The translations under genes and the position numbers were made by a program. From Octopus sinensis (lineage: Eukaryota), in the NCBI RefSeq assembly GCF_006345805.1, contig NW_021832611.1, positions 363,925 to 427,924 of the forward strand: DNA of 64,000 nucleotides, read 5' to 3'. Below the pieces are notes generated by a model, which saw only the letters and a list, made by a program, of their open reading frames with translations, was not told where the DNA came from and did no database searches. This document shows positions 11,922-23,604 of the stretch, in pieces (position 1 is the first letter of the stretch; every line of letters starts with the position of its first letter).

Positions 11922-13432
11922 CAGAATAAAATCAATTGCTTTTTAAAATTTATAACTATTAACCGAATTAATAAAAAAATAAATAAAAATTTATTAATGT
12001 TAATTAATTCATAATTATGGCTTCTCCAATTGATCTCCGTTGCTATCGCGAGAGGCAACGCAACGTCAATAATGTTGGCGGGGTCCACTTAGGATGGATG
12101 GTTTTGTTAACTTCTATACTTTAATTAAAATTACAGCATTATGGCTTTTAATTATTAAATTTACAATACGCCATTTTTCCAAAGTACAAGTCATTTTCTA
12201 ATTTCAAATGCCATAAGAGACGCTCTCGAAATCTAAGTAACGTTCCTTTCCGAAAATCAGTTCAAATAAATTCAGATGTCACATCCTAAAAATATTTATT
12301 TTCATTTTTAATACACGTATACGGCAATTTACATATTCGTCTATCATTTAAGCTGCTATTTTATCAATTATTGGTGATTTAGAAGAATCACAAATTTTTT
12401 ATCTACAACTTAGCATAAGGAAAACGGAATAAGCGAGTTATTAAGTACCGGCTCACAGGATTGAGAGAATTCCCCCGTAAAACACTCCGCGAGATCCTCT
12501 GAATAAGGAATATAAATTCTCTGGGATCTCTGGAGCGATGGGTGCACAGATAGCAAGTTTCTTTAGATGAGCAAGCTTTTTGGCCCCAAAAACACAGGAA
12601 GTCTCAATTTCAATTGCCCAAAAGCAAAAGAATCACAAATTGTTCTTTAATGAACGCCTTTGATATTTCTATAATTTATATATTCTTATGGGTCATCTAA
12701 TGATTTCTAAGTCCTTAGATAAATCTTTAATTTTTTTACAAAATGTTAATTTTTATCGACATGCAAGTGTTCTTGTGGTATTTGGCTACCAATTTGTCCC
12801 ACTTCATTAAAAAAGGTATTAACTACCTATATTTGAACCATTAATTTGAAGGCTGATTTATGGAAACCATTAGGTAAATAAATTTTACCTTCTTGAGAGT
12901 CTCTTTTTCTACTTGGGGGTACTCGATCTAATATTTTTTTGTTAGTTCTATTCCCCTATCTAATGGTTTTTGTAATTTTAGTAAGTTATATAACAATTAC
13001 ATATACAGGACTATTCACCGATAGTAAAAATTACTCATTATTCCCTAAATATTTAAAAAATTTGATTTTTAAATAGAAGTTCGTTTTAAACTTTAGGAAT
13101 GCATAATCACAAATTTTTAGTTTTCAGCCAAAAAATTTAAAATATTTCAGCAAAACAGCATTATTTTAAAACTACAATTCCCAACAGTATCAGAATTATT
13201 CCAAATAAGTTAATTACAATTTAAGTTCACCTAGGCATTTGATGGAAGTATTTTGAACGACAGTGAAGTATTGATCCCCCTCAAAAAATTTATCCAATTT
13301 ATTGTTACTAACCTCAAATAATCTGCTAATTTAAAGTCATTAATTAAATGATTCAGACAGTCCTTTTTCTATTTCTCATTACTTCCTCGCGGTGGCTTTA
13401 GAAACCAACTCGAACTCCAAAACCGACCGTTG

Positions 13433-15056
13433 AGCGACAACTCGCCTATAGACGAGTTGTCGCCTAACTCGCCTAAATTTTTTTGGCGACAACTCGTTTA
13501 CGAAGAAAAATATTTTAAAGATAAATGAAATAAAATTTTAAAACAATTACTGTAATTCTGAACTTTTAAAGCAAATCAAACCATCAATTAGCTTAAAATA
13601 GCAATCTACTTCAAATTCATGAAAATTTTCACATGCTATTCTCAGTTCAAGTTCCTTTTTGCAGTCTGTCGCAGACACTTCAAGATACTTTCCTGACTTA
13701 ATTTGTGTCATTTTCACAAAAAGTCTTTGTTCTTCCCTGGCCAAAACATTGACAAAAGCTGCCAAATTTGGGTGCGCTCTGTTAAAAGAACTGTTCAACA
13801 GCTTATGCCAACCTTCCAATGAATTGGTCGTCCTGGGCGTTGAATTTAATACCCGATAAAAACAACTCCAAAAACTGACGTCATAAGATGGGTCAGCAAT
13901 AAATTGGTTTTTAAAATAAACCAAAAAATTCATTATCTGTTGGTTGTTTTCTTTTTTTGTCGCATCAAGAGAAAATTTTTCAAATTCCATTAAAACATTT
14001 TCCACAGGGATGAAAGCTAAATGGTAGCATTTTCTCAATAATTTTCGTTCCCACGATGAAACGTCTTTGTAGGCTCCCACAAGACCAAGACATTGTATTT
14101 TCCGCCATATGATTTGGCCGAAATGGAAATTGCAGCCAAATACATTAGACGACGAAAAAACTGATTTTGTGGAGTTAATTAACCCCTTTTCAAAATCAAT
14201 TAAAATACTTGCTGGTGAAGTAACAAGTGTCTTTATTTCTTCAAATAATGCACAGTAGGAATTTTCTGTTTTGTTGAGCAAAAGAGCGTGCGCAAGAGGC
14301 CAGAATTTACCTAAGTATTTTCCTTGTATTGTAATCATTTGTTCGAATTGATTAGGGACGCTTTTAAAGGTACCATCAATAACCCAGACATCTGATTTTT
14401 TTCAAAATGTCAATCTTATAATCCGAACAAAAAATGACGTAACGATTTACATCATTAATTCCAGAATCCTTGCGATAAAAAATTTCGCCCCGATCATTAT
14501 ACCACAAACTTTCAGGAATTTCAGGAATGGTCGGAACAAAATTTGGTATCAGTGTTTCTCTTTCCCGTTGAACGAGACGAGTCAATGAACGTTCCTTTGG
14601 CAAGATTTTAATGATGTCAACATTGGCTCCAATGAGGCTTCTTGACACCACATTCATAGTTCTGTCTTCTGACGCCTTTGCGGAATCTTTCAGGTCAGAA
14701 ACTAGTTTCATGCTTTTTACCTCATGATCCTCAAAGGGGCCATGATTATGAGCATTTTTTGTGCTCAACTTGTTTTGAGCATCCACCGTGCACCTCGCCC
14801 TGCATTCTCGATTCCTGCACCTCCAATAAGTAAGACCGTCTTTTTTTCTATCTGTATTATACAAATAGTTCCGGTGTAGTAAAAGTTTGCCACCTCTTTG
14901 GCTTTTAAGCAGTTCAAAGTCAGTCATATTAAGGATTAAAGTAAAAAATTGTTGAAATTTTAATTAATTAGATTTAATCTGGTAAAAATAAAATTTTTTA
15001 TTTATTTTAAGTAGGCGAGTTGTCGCCAAATAAATTTAGGCGAGTTAGGCGACAAC
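13433..15056 (-). mobile_element. Mutator-like element with FLYWCH + MULE transposase (one frameshift in an A-run near 14400)
   Basis: FLYWCH motif YLY..YWRC..C.A..H.H; WVIDGTFK, CNFHFGQ and TTNSLEGWH. Terminal inverted motif gttgtcgcctaactcgcctaaattt(a/t)tttggcgacaac. Confidence 0.9.
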
Positions 15057-17155
15057 AAAGAAAAATATTTTAAGGGTAAATAAAATAAAATTTTTAAACA
15101 ATTACTTTTTATTCTGAACTTTTAAAGCAAATCAAACCATCAATTAGCTTAAAATAGCAATCTACTTCAAATTCATGAAAATTTTCACATGCTATTCTCA
15201 GTTCAAGTTCCTTTTTGCAGTCTATCGCAGACACTCCATTCCTGTCGCATCAAGAAAAAATTTTTCAAATTTCAATAAAACATTTTCCACAGTGATGAAA
15301 GCTAAATGGTAGCGTTTCCTCAATAATTTTGTCCCCACTCGTCTACAAGCGAGTTGTCGCCTAACTCGCCTAAATTTATTTGGCGACAACCCGTCTACAA
15401 AGAAAAATATTTTAAGGGTAAATAAAATAAAATTTTTAAACAATTACTTTTTATTCTGAACTTTTAAAGCAAATCAAACCATCAATTAGCTTAAAATAGC
15501 AATCTACTTCAAATTCATGAAAATTTTCACATGCTATTCTCAGTTCAAGTTCCTTTTTGCAGTCTATCGCAGACACTCCATTCCTGTCGCATCAAGAAAA
15601 AATTTTTCAAATTTCAATAAAACATTTTCCACAGTGATGAAAGCTAAATGGTAGCGTTTCCTCAATAATTTTCGTCCCCACGATGAAACGTTTTTGTAGG
15701 CTCCCACAAGACCAAGACATTGTATTTTCCGCCATATCATTTGGCCGAAATGGAAATTGCATCCAAATACATTAGACGACGAAAAAACTGATTTTGTGGA
15801 GTTAATTAACCCCTTTTCAAAATCAATTAAAATACTTGCTGGTGAAGTAACAACAAGTGTCTTTATTTCTTCAAATAATGCACAGTAGGCATTTTCTGTA
15901 TCGCAAACTGCATTCTCGATTTCTGCACCTCCAATAGGTAAGACCGTCTTTTTTTCTATCTGTATTATACAAATAGTTCCGGTGTAGTAAAAGTTTGCCA
16001 TTTCTTTGGCTTTTAAGCACTTCAAAGTCAGTCATACTAAAGATTAAAGTAAAAAAATTGTTGAAATTTTAATTAATTAGATTTAATCTGGTAAAAATAA
16101 ATTTTTTTATTTATTTTAAGTAGGCGAGTTGTCGCCAAATAAATTTAGGCGAGTTAAGCGACAATTTTTTTATTTTTACCAGATTAAATCTAATTAATTA
16201 AAATTTCAACAATTTTTTTACTTTAATCTTTATTATGACTGACTTTGAACTGCTTAAAAGCCAAAGAAATGGCAAACTTTTACTACACCGGAACTATTTG
16301 TATAATACAGATAGAAAAAAAGACGGTCTTACCTATTGGAGGTGCAGAAATCGAGAATGCAGGGCGAGGTGCACGGTGGATGCTCAAAACAAGTTGAGCA
16401 CAAAAAATGCTCATAACCATGGCCCCTTTGAGGATCATGAGATAAAAAGCATGAAACTAGTTTCTGACCTGAAAGATGCCGCAAAGGCGTCAGAAGACCG
16501 AACTATGAATGTGGTGTCAAGAAGCCTCATTGGAGCCAATGTTGACGTCATTAAAATATTGCCAAAGGAACGTTCATTGACTCGTCTCGTTCAACGGGAA
16601 AGAGAAACACTGATACCAAATTTGTTCCGACCATTCCTAAAATTCCTGAAAGTTTGCGATACAGAAAATGCCTACTGTGCATTATTTAAGAAATAAAGAC
16701 ACTTGTTGTTACTTCACCAGCAATTATTTTAATTGATTTTGAAAAGGGGTTATTAACTCCACAAAATCAGTTTTTTCGTCGTCTAATGTATTTGGCTGCA
16801 ATTTCCATTTCGGCCAAATGATATGGCGGAAAATACAATGTCTTGGTCTTGTGGGAGCCTACAAAGACGTTTCATCGTGGGAACGAAAATTATTGAGGAA
16901 ATGCTACCATTTAGCTTTCATCACTGTGGAAAATGTTTTATTGAAATTTGAAAAATTTTTTCTTGATGCGACAGGAATGGAGTGTCTGCGATAGACTGCA
17001 AAAAGGAACTTGAACTGAGAATAGCATGTGAAAATTTTCATGAATTTGAAGTAGATTGCTATTTTAAGCTAATTGATGGTTTGATTTGCTTTAAAAGTTC
17101 AGAATAAAAAGTAATTGTTTTAAAATTTTATTTTATTTACCCTTAAAATATTTTT
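15057..17155. mobile_element. Deleted Mutator derivatives: two tandem minus-strand copies, then an inverted plus-strand copy
   Basis: 15403-16110 is the near-exact reverse complement of 16165-17155 apart from a ~280-bp extra block in the right arm. Deletion junctions are shared. Confidence 0.9.
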
Positions 17156-17386
17156 CAAGTCTTTGATAGCTAACAAGTAACATAAATTATTATTCAGTAA
17201 GTACCCCATTGATATAAAATGATTCTTTTTCATGTGTTGCAACACTGGCCCTCTCCATTAAAGTAGATTACCTACTCCAAACAAATTTGAGAAAATCAAC
17301 AAAACAAAATTTGTATTTTGCATTTTTCCAACCCCAAACAAACTTTACTTCAATTTCAATCTTTCGTTGCCTTGAAAAGAAACTTG

Positions 17387-17830
17387 AGGTGACGGCAAAC
17401 GCCCTGACGGCTTAACTACATTCCCCTTTGGGCAGGGAAGATCCTTTATATGGGATTCCACTTGCTGTGACACATTCTCCAACGGGAACCTAGCCAGGTC
17501 TGCCGTCGACCCAGGCTTTGCTTCCAAGATCTCAAAATCCTGAAATACGGTCACCTCTCCAGCTTCGTTTTCACGCCCATCGCCGTTGAGACCCGTGGTC
17601 ATTGGCCGCAAGTCGCTTTGTTTCCTACGCGGTTTGGGGAGAAGAATTGCCAAAAGGAGAGACGACCCGAAAGAGTCCTTTTTTGCTTATTCAACCCCTC
17701 TCCATTGCCGTAATCCGCGGCAACTATTTTGCAATCCGTCAGGCTGGGAGGGCGCCCTAAACTACGTAGTTTTCAACAATCTTTCTCCCTTTTCTAACTG
17801 TCTTCAAATAATAAATTAATAGTCCAAAAA
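17387..17830 (+). mobile_element. CRE-like 3' fragment with probable AAACTTG TSD
   Basis: GKRPDG..WDSTCCDT..PIAVET. AAACTTG occurs at 17380-17386 and 17831-17837 after an A-run. Confidence 0.8.
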
Positions 17831-18241
17831 AAACTTGTCACCAAGAAATGTTGGCTCTGAAGAGGATTTTCGATATCACTGGATTAGACTTTAATTAATA
17901 ATCTACAAAAATAGGAGTAAATGATTTATTTTACTTTTAATCTTATTTTTTAAATATTTAAAAAGCAATATTCCATTGTTGTTTGTACAAAACTTTGTTA
18001 ACACTTTTTACCAAATCAGGTAATAGTAATATAAATCATACGAAATTTATCATAGTAATCATTTCATCTTAATAATTTTTAATATTATTATATTTGAAAT
18101 TATTTATTATTTCTAAAAATATTTTCCAATTACTTATTCTAGTTAAACCGTATCAGTATTATTAGGTGATAAAACTCACTTTTTTAATAAAAATAAATTA
18201 TTATTCATTTTTTATAATTTAAAATATTTATCAGTAATCGA

Positions 18242-20107
18242 ATGAGCTGTCGATCTTTCAAGTCTCCACAGGACAATATGTCATTTACTTCACCTTCCAA
18301 GAATGATAAAAATCGACATTGGAAGAGAATTAAATTTAAGCATTCTAAACTTGATCCTGACTTTGAAGCTTCGGAACTGATAAAATATTATCCTCGATTA
18401 CAAGAAATTATTCAGAGTTATTCTCCTCTAAGACCTTTCTCTGAAATTAATACAGAAGATATTGTTTTGAGTAAACCGGAAGAAGTCTTGTTGACTTATC
18501 GAACAGATAATTTAATGGGAGTCGGTCTATGTAATCAGAGGAACTCTTGTTATATTAATTCCGTTCTTCAATGTCTGAGATACACTCCGCCTTTGTTTAA
18601 TTACCTTGAAACAGACTCGCACTTTAACTATTGTTATCTTTTATTTTGCTCAGTTTGAAGGTAAAAAACGTGGAGAGAATTTGTTTTGTTTAATGTGCGA
18701 AATGAAAAATCATTTTATCCGTACAATGGAAGGAAATGCTTTTTTTCCAAAAAATATTGTCAAAAATCTTCATGGTTTAATCCGTATTTTTATTTTAATA
18801 GAAATTGCTCATAATTTTGATTTGAATCAGCAACAAGATGCTCACGAATTTCTAAGGTTTTTGCTCGAGGAAATGCATAAATGTTGTACTTTTGGACACA
18901 AAAATTTGTATTTTTACAAAAAATTAATAAAATTTAGGCAAAAATCATCTGAAATAACAAGCATCATTTATAGAATTTTCTGTGGATTTCTCTGCAGTCG
19001 AGGTGTTCATGTTTCCATTATCACATTAGTTGTTTGCGATGTTTGCGGAACTATCTCAAATACATACGACCCCTTCTTTGACTTGGCGACTGATATTCGA
19101 GTATTTTGACTAAAATTCATTTCAAAGCTTAATTCTTCTCTCGCTGATGGGCTAAGGAGTTTTTTCTCTGAGGAACATCTTAGTGAAGAGAATAGTTACT
19201 CGTGTGAACGGTAGGTTAATCTTATTTTTATGAATTTTAAAAATAATGCACTTAATTAGTATTCAACCCAAATTATTGATTAAAATATCTAATAGATGTA
19301 AGAAGACAGTTCCTGCTACCAAAAAAATGTCGATCAACCAGCCTCCGAATTTATTAACATTCCAGCTAAAAAAGTTTGAATCGTTTTAAATAAAAAATAG
19401 ATTTTCATATGACAACAGTAATTCGCAAAAAGTAACTAAGAAAATTAATTTTGATCAAACACTCGATATAAGACCATATATGAGTGACAATATTGTAATA
19501 TTCCATTTTAATATTTTAAGGGTGCTCCCGAGCTTTATAATCTTTACGCTGTGATTGTACATCAGGGAGGCGGTATTAGACAAGGACATTATTTTTCTTA
19601 TGTTCGGTCTGCCTCCGATGTTTGGTACATGGCAAATGACCGTGATGTAAGAAATTCAATAAATTAAAATTTTAGATTCAAGTTATAACTTTGAATACTG
19701 TAATGAATTCAAATCCGTATTTACTGTTTTATATCAGAACTGGTGAGCCAGTCATTTTGAATTATTTACAGAATGATGTATTGTTAATTATGCCAATTAT
19801 TTAGAATTATTGTGCTCCTAAAAAGTTTGAATATTCAGAAAAATGTGATTTTTTTTCGTCTTTATTGTCGGATTCTGTGAAAGTTACTTGTGACAACATT
19901 GACTGCAAGATTCGTATAAAGATATGTCCGTCCTCTCCAAAAGTAATGAATGTTGAGTATTTATTAATTTAGTCACACAATTCCGTTGAGTCCAAATCTA
20001 AGAGACGATTGAAATTGACAAATGAAGGAAATTCTAATAAAAATGTATCTTTCGATTTTCTAATTTGTTAGATAAAATTTAATGAAAGAAGTGTTAAATT
20101 TCTTTAG
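18242..20107 (+). CDS. USP36/USP42-like ubiquitin C-terminal hydrolase, about 12 exons (3' end less certain)
   Basis: Cys box GLCNQRNSCYINSVLQCL, QQDAHEFL, and His box YAVIVHQGG..GHYFSYV..WYMAND. Introns 28, 27, 30, 27, 27, ~84, 27, 26, 29, 27, 30, 27 nt restore the frame. Confidence 0.88.
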
Positions 20108-20477
20108 ACTATTATTTATATTGGTAAAAAATTTGTATTGATAAGACCCCTTAATATTATTATATAATTTATTTTGTTCAATAAAATTTGCATTTTTGAA
20201 TTTCAATAAAGCTATTTTTGGGTAAATTTTCATGATGAAAAAATTCGCCTAGGTATTTAGCCAATAAAAGATTAAACGGATTTCAATAGTATATTTTACA
20301 CTATTTTAAACGATGATTACAAATCCTTCTGAGAAATATTTGTATTTTTAAAAAGTAAAAATATTTCTTCAGTCAATTGTAATGTAGATAACTTTAAATA
20401 ATTAAATATACCTTATGCTCCATATTATAAGTCAAGGGTTTATATTTTTGATACGGCTAAGAAAGCCACAATTTTAT

Positions 20478-21800
20478 TAAACTAAATGTCAAAAACGCAT
20501 TCAATTTTATTCGTCGAGATCATATTTTAGAATCTGTTCGTAATCGTTTTTCTTAATTATATCCCATCGTACATTTATCATATGCCTCCCCAAGTTGTCT
20601 CCTGTTTACTCACAACGTTATTATGTCTGAATTGGGGATTCAGCAGGGTGACCCATTGGGGCCTTTTCTGTTCTCCCTAGGAGTACATCATATTGCGTTT
20701 CAATTATCTTCCAAAGTCAATCTTTGGTATCTTGATGACATCACACTTGGTAGAGATTTGATGGTTGTGAAAAATGATGTCACAAGAATTATTTCTGGAT
20801 TTGCTTTTATCAAACTCGCTCTCAACGAATCCGAATCTGAACTAATCCGCCTGTCTGCAAATTCACTCGAATTTAAATCTATCTTCTCAACCTTAGCTCA
20901 TCGTATCGAGCATTTGAGCATCACCGCTTTTGACGACCTGATTATCCTCGGATCCCCAATCAGTTGGAAGGGTAGTAAGAAGGCTCTCGCTAACAAGAAA
21001 GAGGAGATAGAAATCCTCATTTCGCGTATTTGTAAACTTGAATCGCACCTGGGGCTTTTTCTACTCAAGAACTATCTCTTTATTCCGAAACTTACTTTTC
21101 TCATGCGCTCTACGCCCTGCTTCCTCGAACAAGAATACTTATCTCGCCTCGATAATCTGGTTTCCAAAGCCCTTGAGTTACTGGTAAACATCAAATTCAA
21201 ATCTGATGATATGCTGCGTATTAATTTGCCCATTTGTTATTGGGGCATCGGTATTCGCTCTTGCCGTGATTTATCCCTTCCGTGTTACCTATCATCGTTG
21301 TCCGCTTCCACTAATTTCGTCAACTCTGTTCTTTTTCCCTCTTCTGAACAGTGCGAGTTGTTGGAATATGCGGCTGGTGTCAACGAATGGGTTTCTCGGG
21401 GGTTTAAAGTCCCGAACATTCCATCGGTTCAAAGGAACTGGGCAACATATATTGTTCTCACATAATTGAAGATATCCGCTCACACGCCGATCAGTTTGAG
21501 TTGGCAAGGATTAATCGTGCCTGTCAGCCACATTCGGGCGATTGGCTAAATGCGTTACCGATCTCGTCAGCTGGCATGTTCCTGGACAACGAATCAGTCC
21601 GCATCGGAATCTGTTTACGGCTTGGCATAGAGATTTGTCAGACGCACCATTGCAAATGTGGACAACTCATTGACAGGAGAGGTTTACACCCTTTTCGCCT
21701 CAGTGCCGGCAGGATCTTCAGAAACGCCTCATTAAATGACGTTGTGAAGCGCGCGCTTAACGCCGTGGATTCCCCTTAATATTAGAACCGATAGGACTAG
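20478..21800 (+). mobile_element. CRE-like retrotransposon internal fragment (RT through zinc knuckle)
   Basis: KNAFN, GIQQGDPLGPFLF, WYLDD, LPICYWGIG, DWLNALP, CKCG; truncated at LEPIGL. Confidence 0.88.
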
Positions 21801-21849
21801 AATTTTATTAAATAATTTGTACACTTAAGAGTTCAACTGGAAAATCCAA

Positions 21850-22600
21850 AAAAACGGAGATGCTTAAAATAATTCTTAGAAAAGTAATTACGTGAATTGA
21901 AAGATTAATAATCAAAATAACTGAATAGGGTGAATCTGTTCAAAGCAAATTAATGAACCCCCCTCTCACTGTAAAACTATTAAATTAAACCAGTCAATGT
22001 CTAGCCATTTGAATATGAAATGCTGGACGATAAAATCCATGCAAAATTAATAAAATACAAGATACACCTCCGATTTGCGAACAAACAGAGATTATATTTC
22101 TTCCATAACAATTTTGGAAAAAGATTGAGTTTAATTTCTCGTATGCTTTTTGGATTCCTTATGCACTTAAAACAAGTGGTTTCTGCAAAAGAAGCTTTCA
22201 TTATTCAGACTGAAGTGCTGGAAAAACTCATCTGGCCACTATTGAAAAGTACTTAAAACACAAATATCTGCTTGAAGAATCAGTTTTACTTAACAAAAAA
22301 CTGATAGCCAAAGTCCAAAACAAGTACCTACTGAGTAAATTTTTTTCAATATATCTCTATACAAAAGTGCTAAGAAGGATTTGCTGAATGTTAAAAACTC
22401 TATACTGCCCAGCCACAGCGAACTACTCCCCACAATCTGAAGGCTTATTCGGTCTCGTGCAAAATAAAAATTAATTCTTTACAAAACATAACTCAATGTG
22501 TTCCTACTGCATGAAATAGAAAGACTATCAACCACTGTGCTACTAGATGTGAGAAGATGTTACATAGAGAAGGGGCAGATTCAAAAGGTTTCACTGTACT
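21850..22600 (+). mobile_element. Heavily decayed R4-like fragment
   Basis: PQSEGLFGLVQNKN and TINHCATRCEKML align with PRSEALYCLLQDRN and TVDHMATQCGKML of the 24-27 kb element. Confidence 0.55.
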
Positions 22601-23604
22601 TACTTATTTAAGTTTTTGGATAATAAAATTTGATATTTAGATTTATTTGATTCATTTTATAAATCAAATTAAGCTCATGGGGTTGAGTCATCTAACGTTT
22701 AGAGTGCCAATCGAGAAAGGGGCTGGTGACGCATCTCAAATTTGCACAATTTCGTTTTTACTCTTTTCAAACTGTTTGTTTACGCAGGCTTCTTTCAGCG
22801 TTCGAAAGTTAAATTCGTCGGTAAAAAGAGGCCACTTTGACAAGATCTGAAACGATACAACATTAATATCTCCGGACCTGCAAGAGACCAAAGTTAAAGA
22901 AGGACTTAACAAACAAAATGCTTACCACTACTTCATCTTGTTACGTTCGGACTATCACCAATACGCGATGGGCTAAGGGAATATATCAAAGGAATATGAA
23001 AAGTGAATGACAGAATTTGCGTAATACAACTGGAATTTGGATCTAGCTCTACAATTACAATTATAAATGTATATATTGACCTAAATCTTCAAAAGCGTTT
23101 AAAACCCAACGAAACTAAAAGATTTTTACAGTTTACTATCCACAGCCTTTATGGAGATATCCACGAGCTATCTACATTACAAAGGCGGAGATTGGAGTGG
23201 GCAGGTTGGAAAAGGGACCTAAGAACTGACCTTCATGGGTAGCAATAGAAGAAATCGGAGAAATATGTCTGAAGCAACCACGGCCAATTCCACCAACAAT
23301 GAAAAATTATACATTTTAAACACATCATCTCATATCACGACCTGGATAGAGAACGTCTGAGCTCGGAAAGACATGTAATCCAAATATATAACCAAATTGA
23401 CTACTTTCTGTGTTGACAATCATAGAAAACTTTACTCTCAAATACCCAAACATATAGAGGTTCAACATCGAGTGACTATAAACAGCTGGTAATCAAGATT
23501 TTCATAAAGGGGAGATTTTGAATTAACAAAGTCAAAAACAGACACAAAAAAATTAGATACCCAGTCAAACTCCTAAGAAACAATTTTATCTCAAAAACTA
23601 ACTA

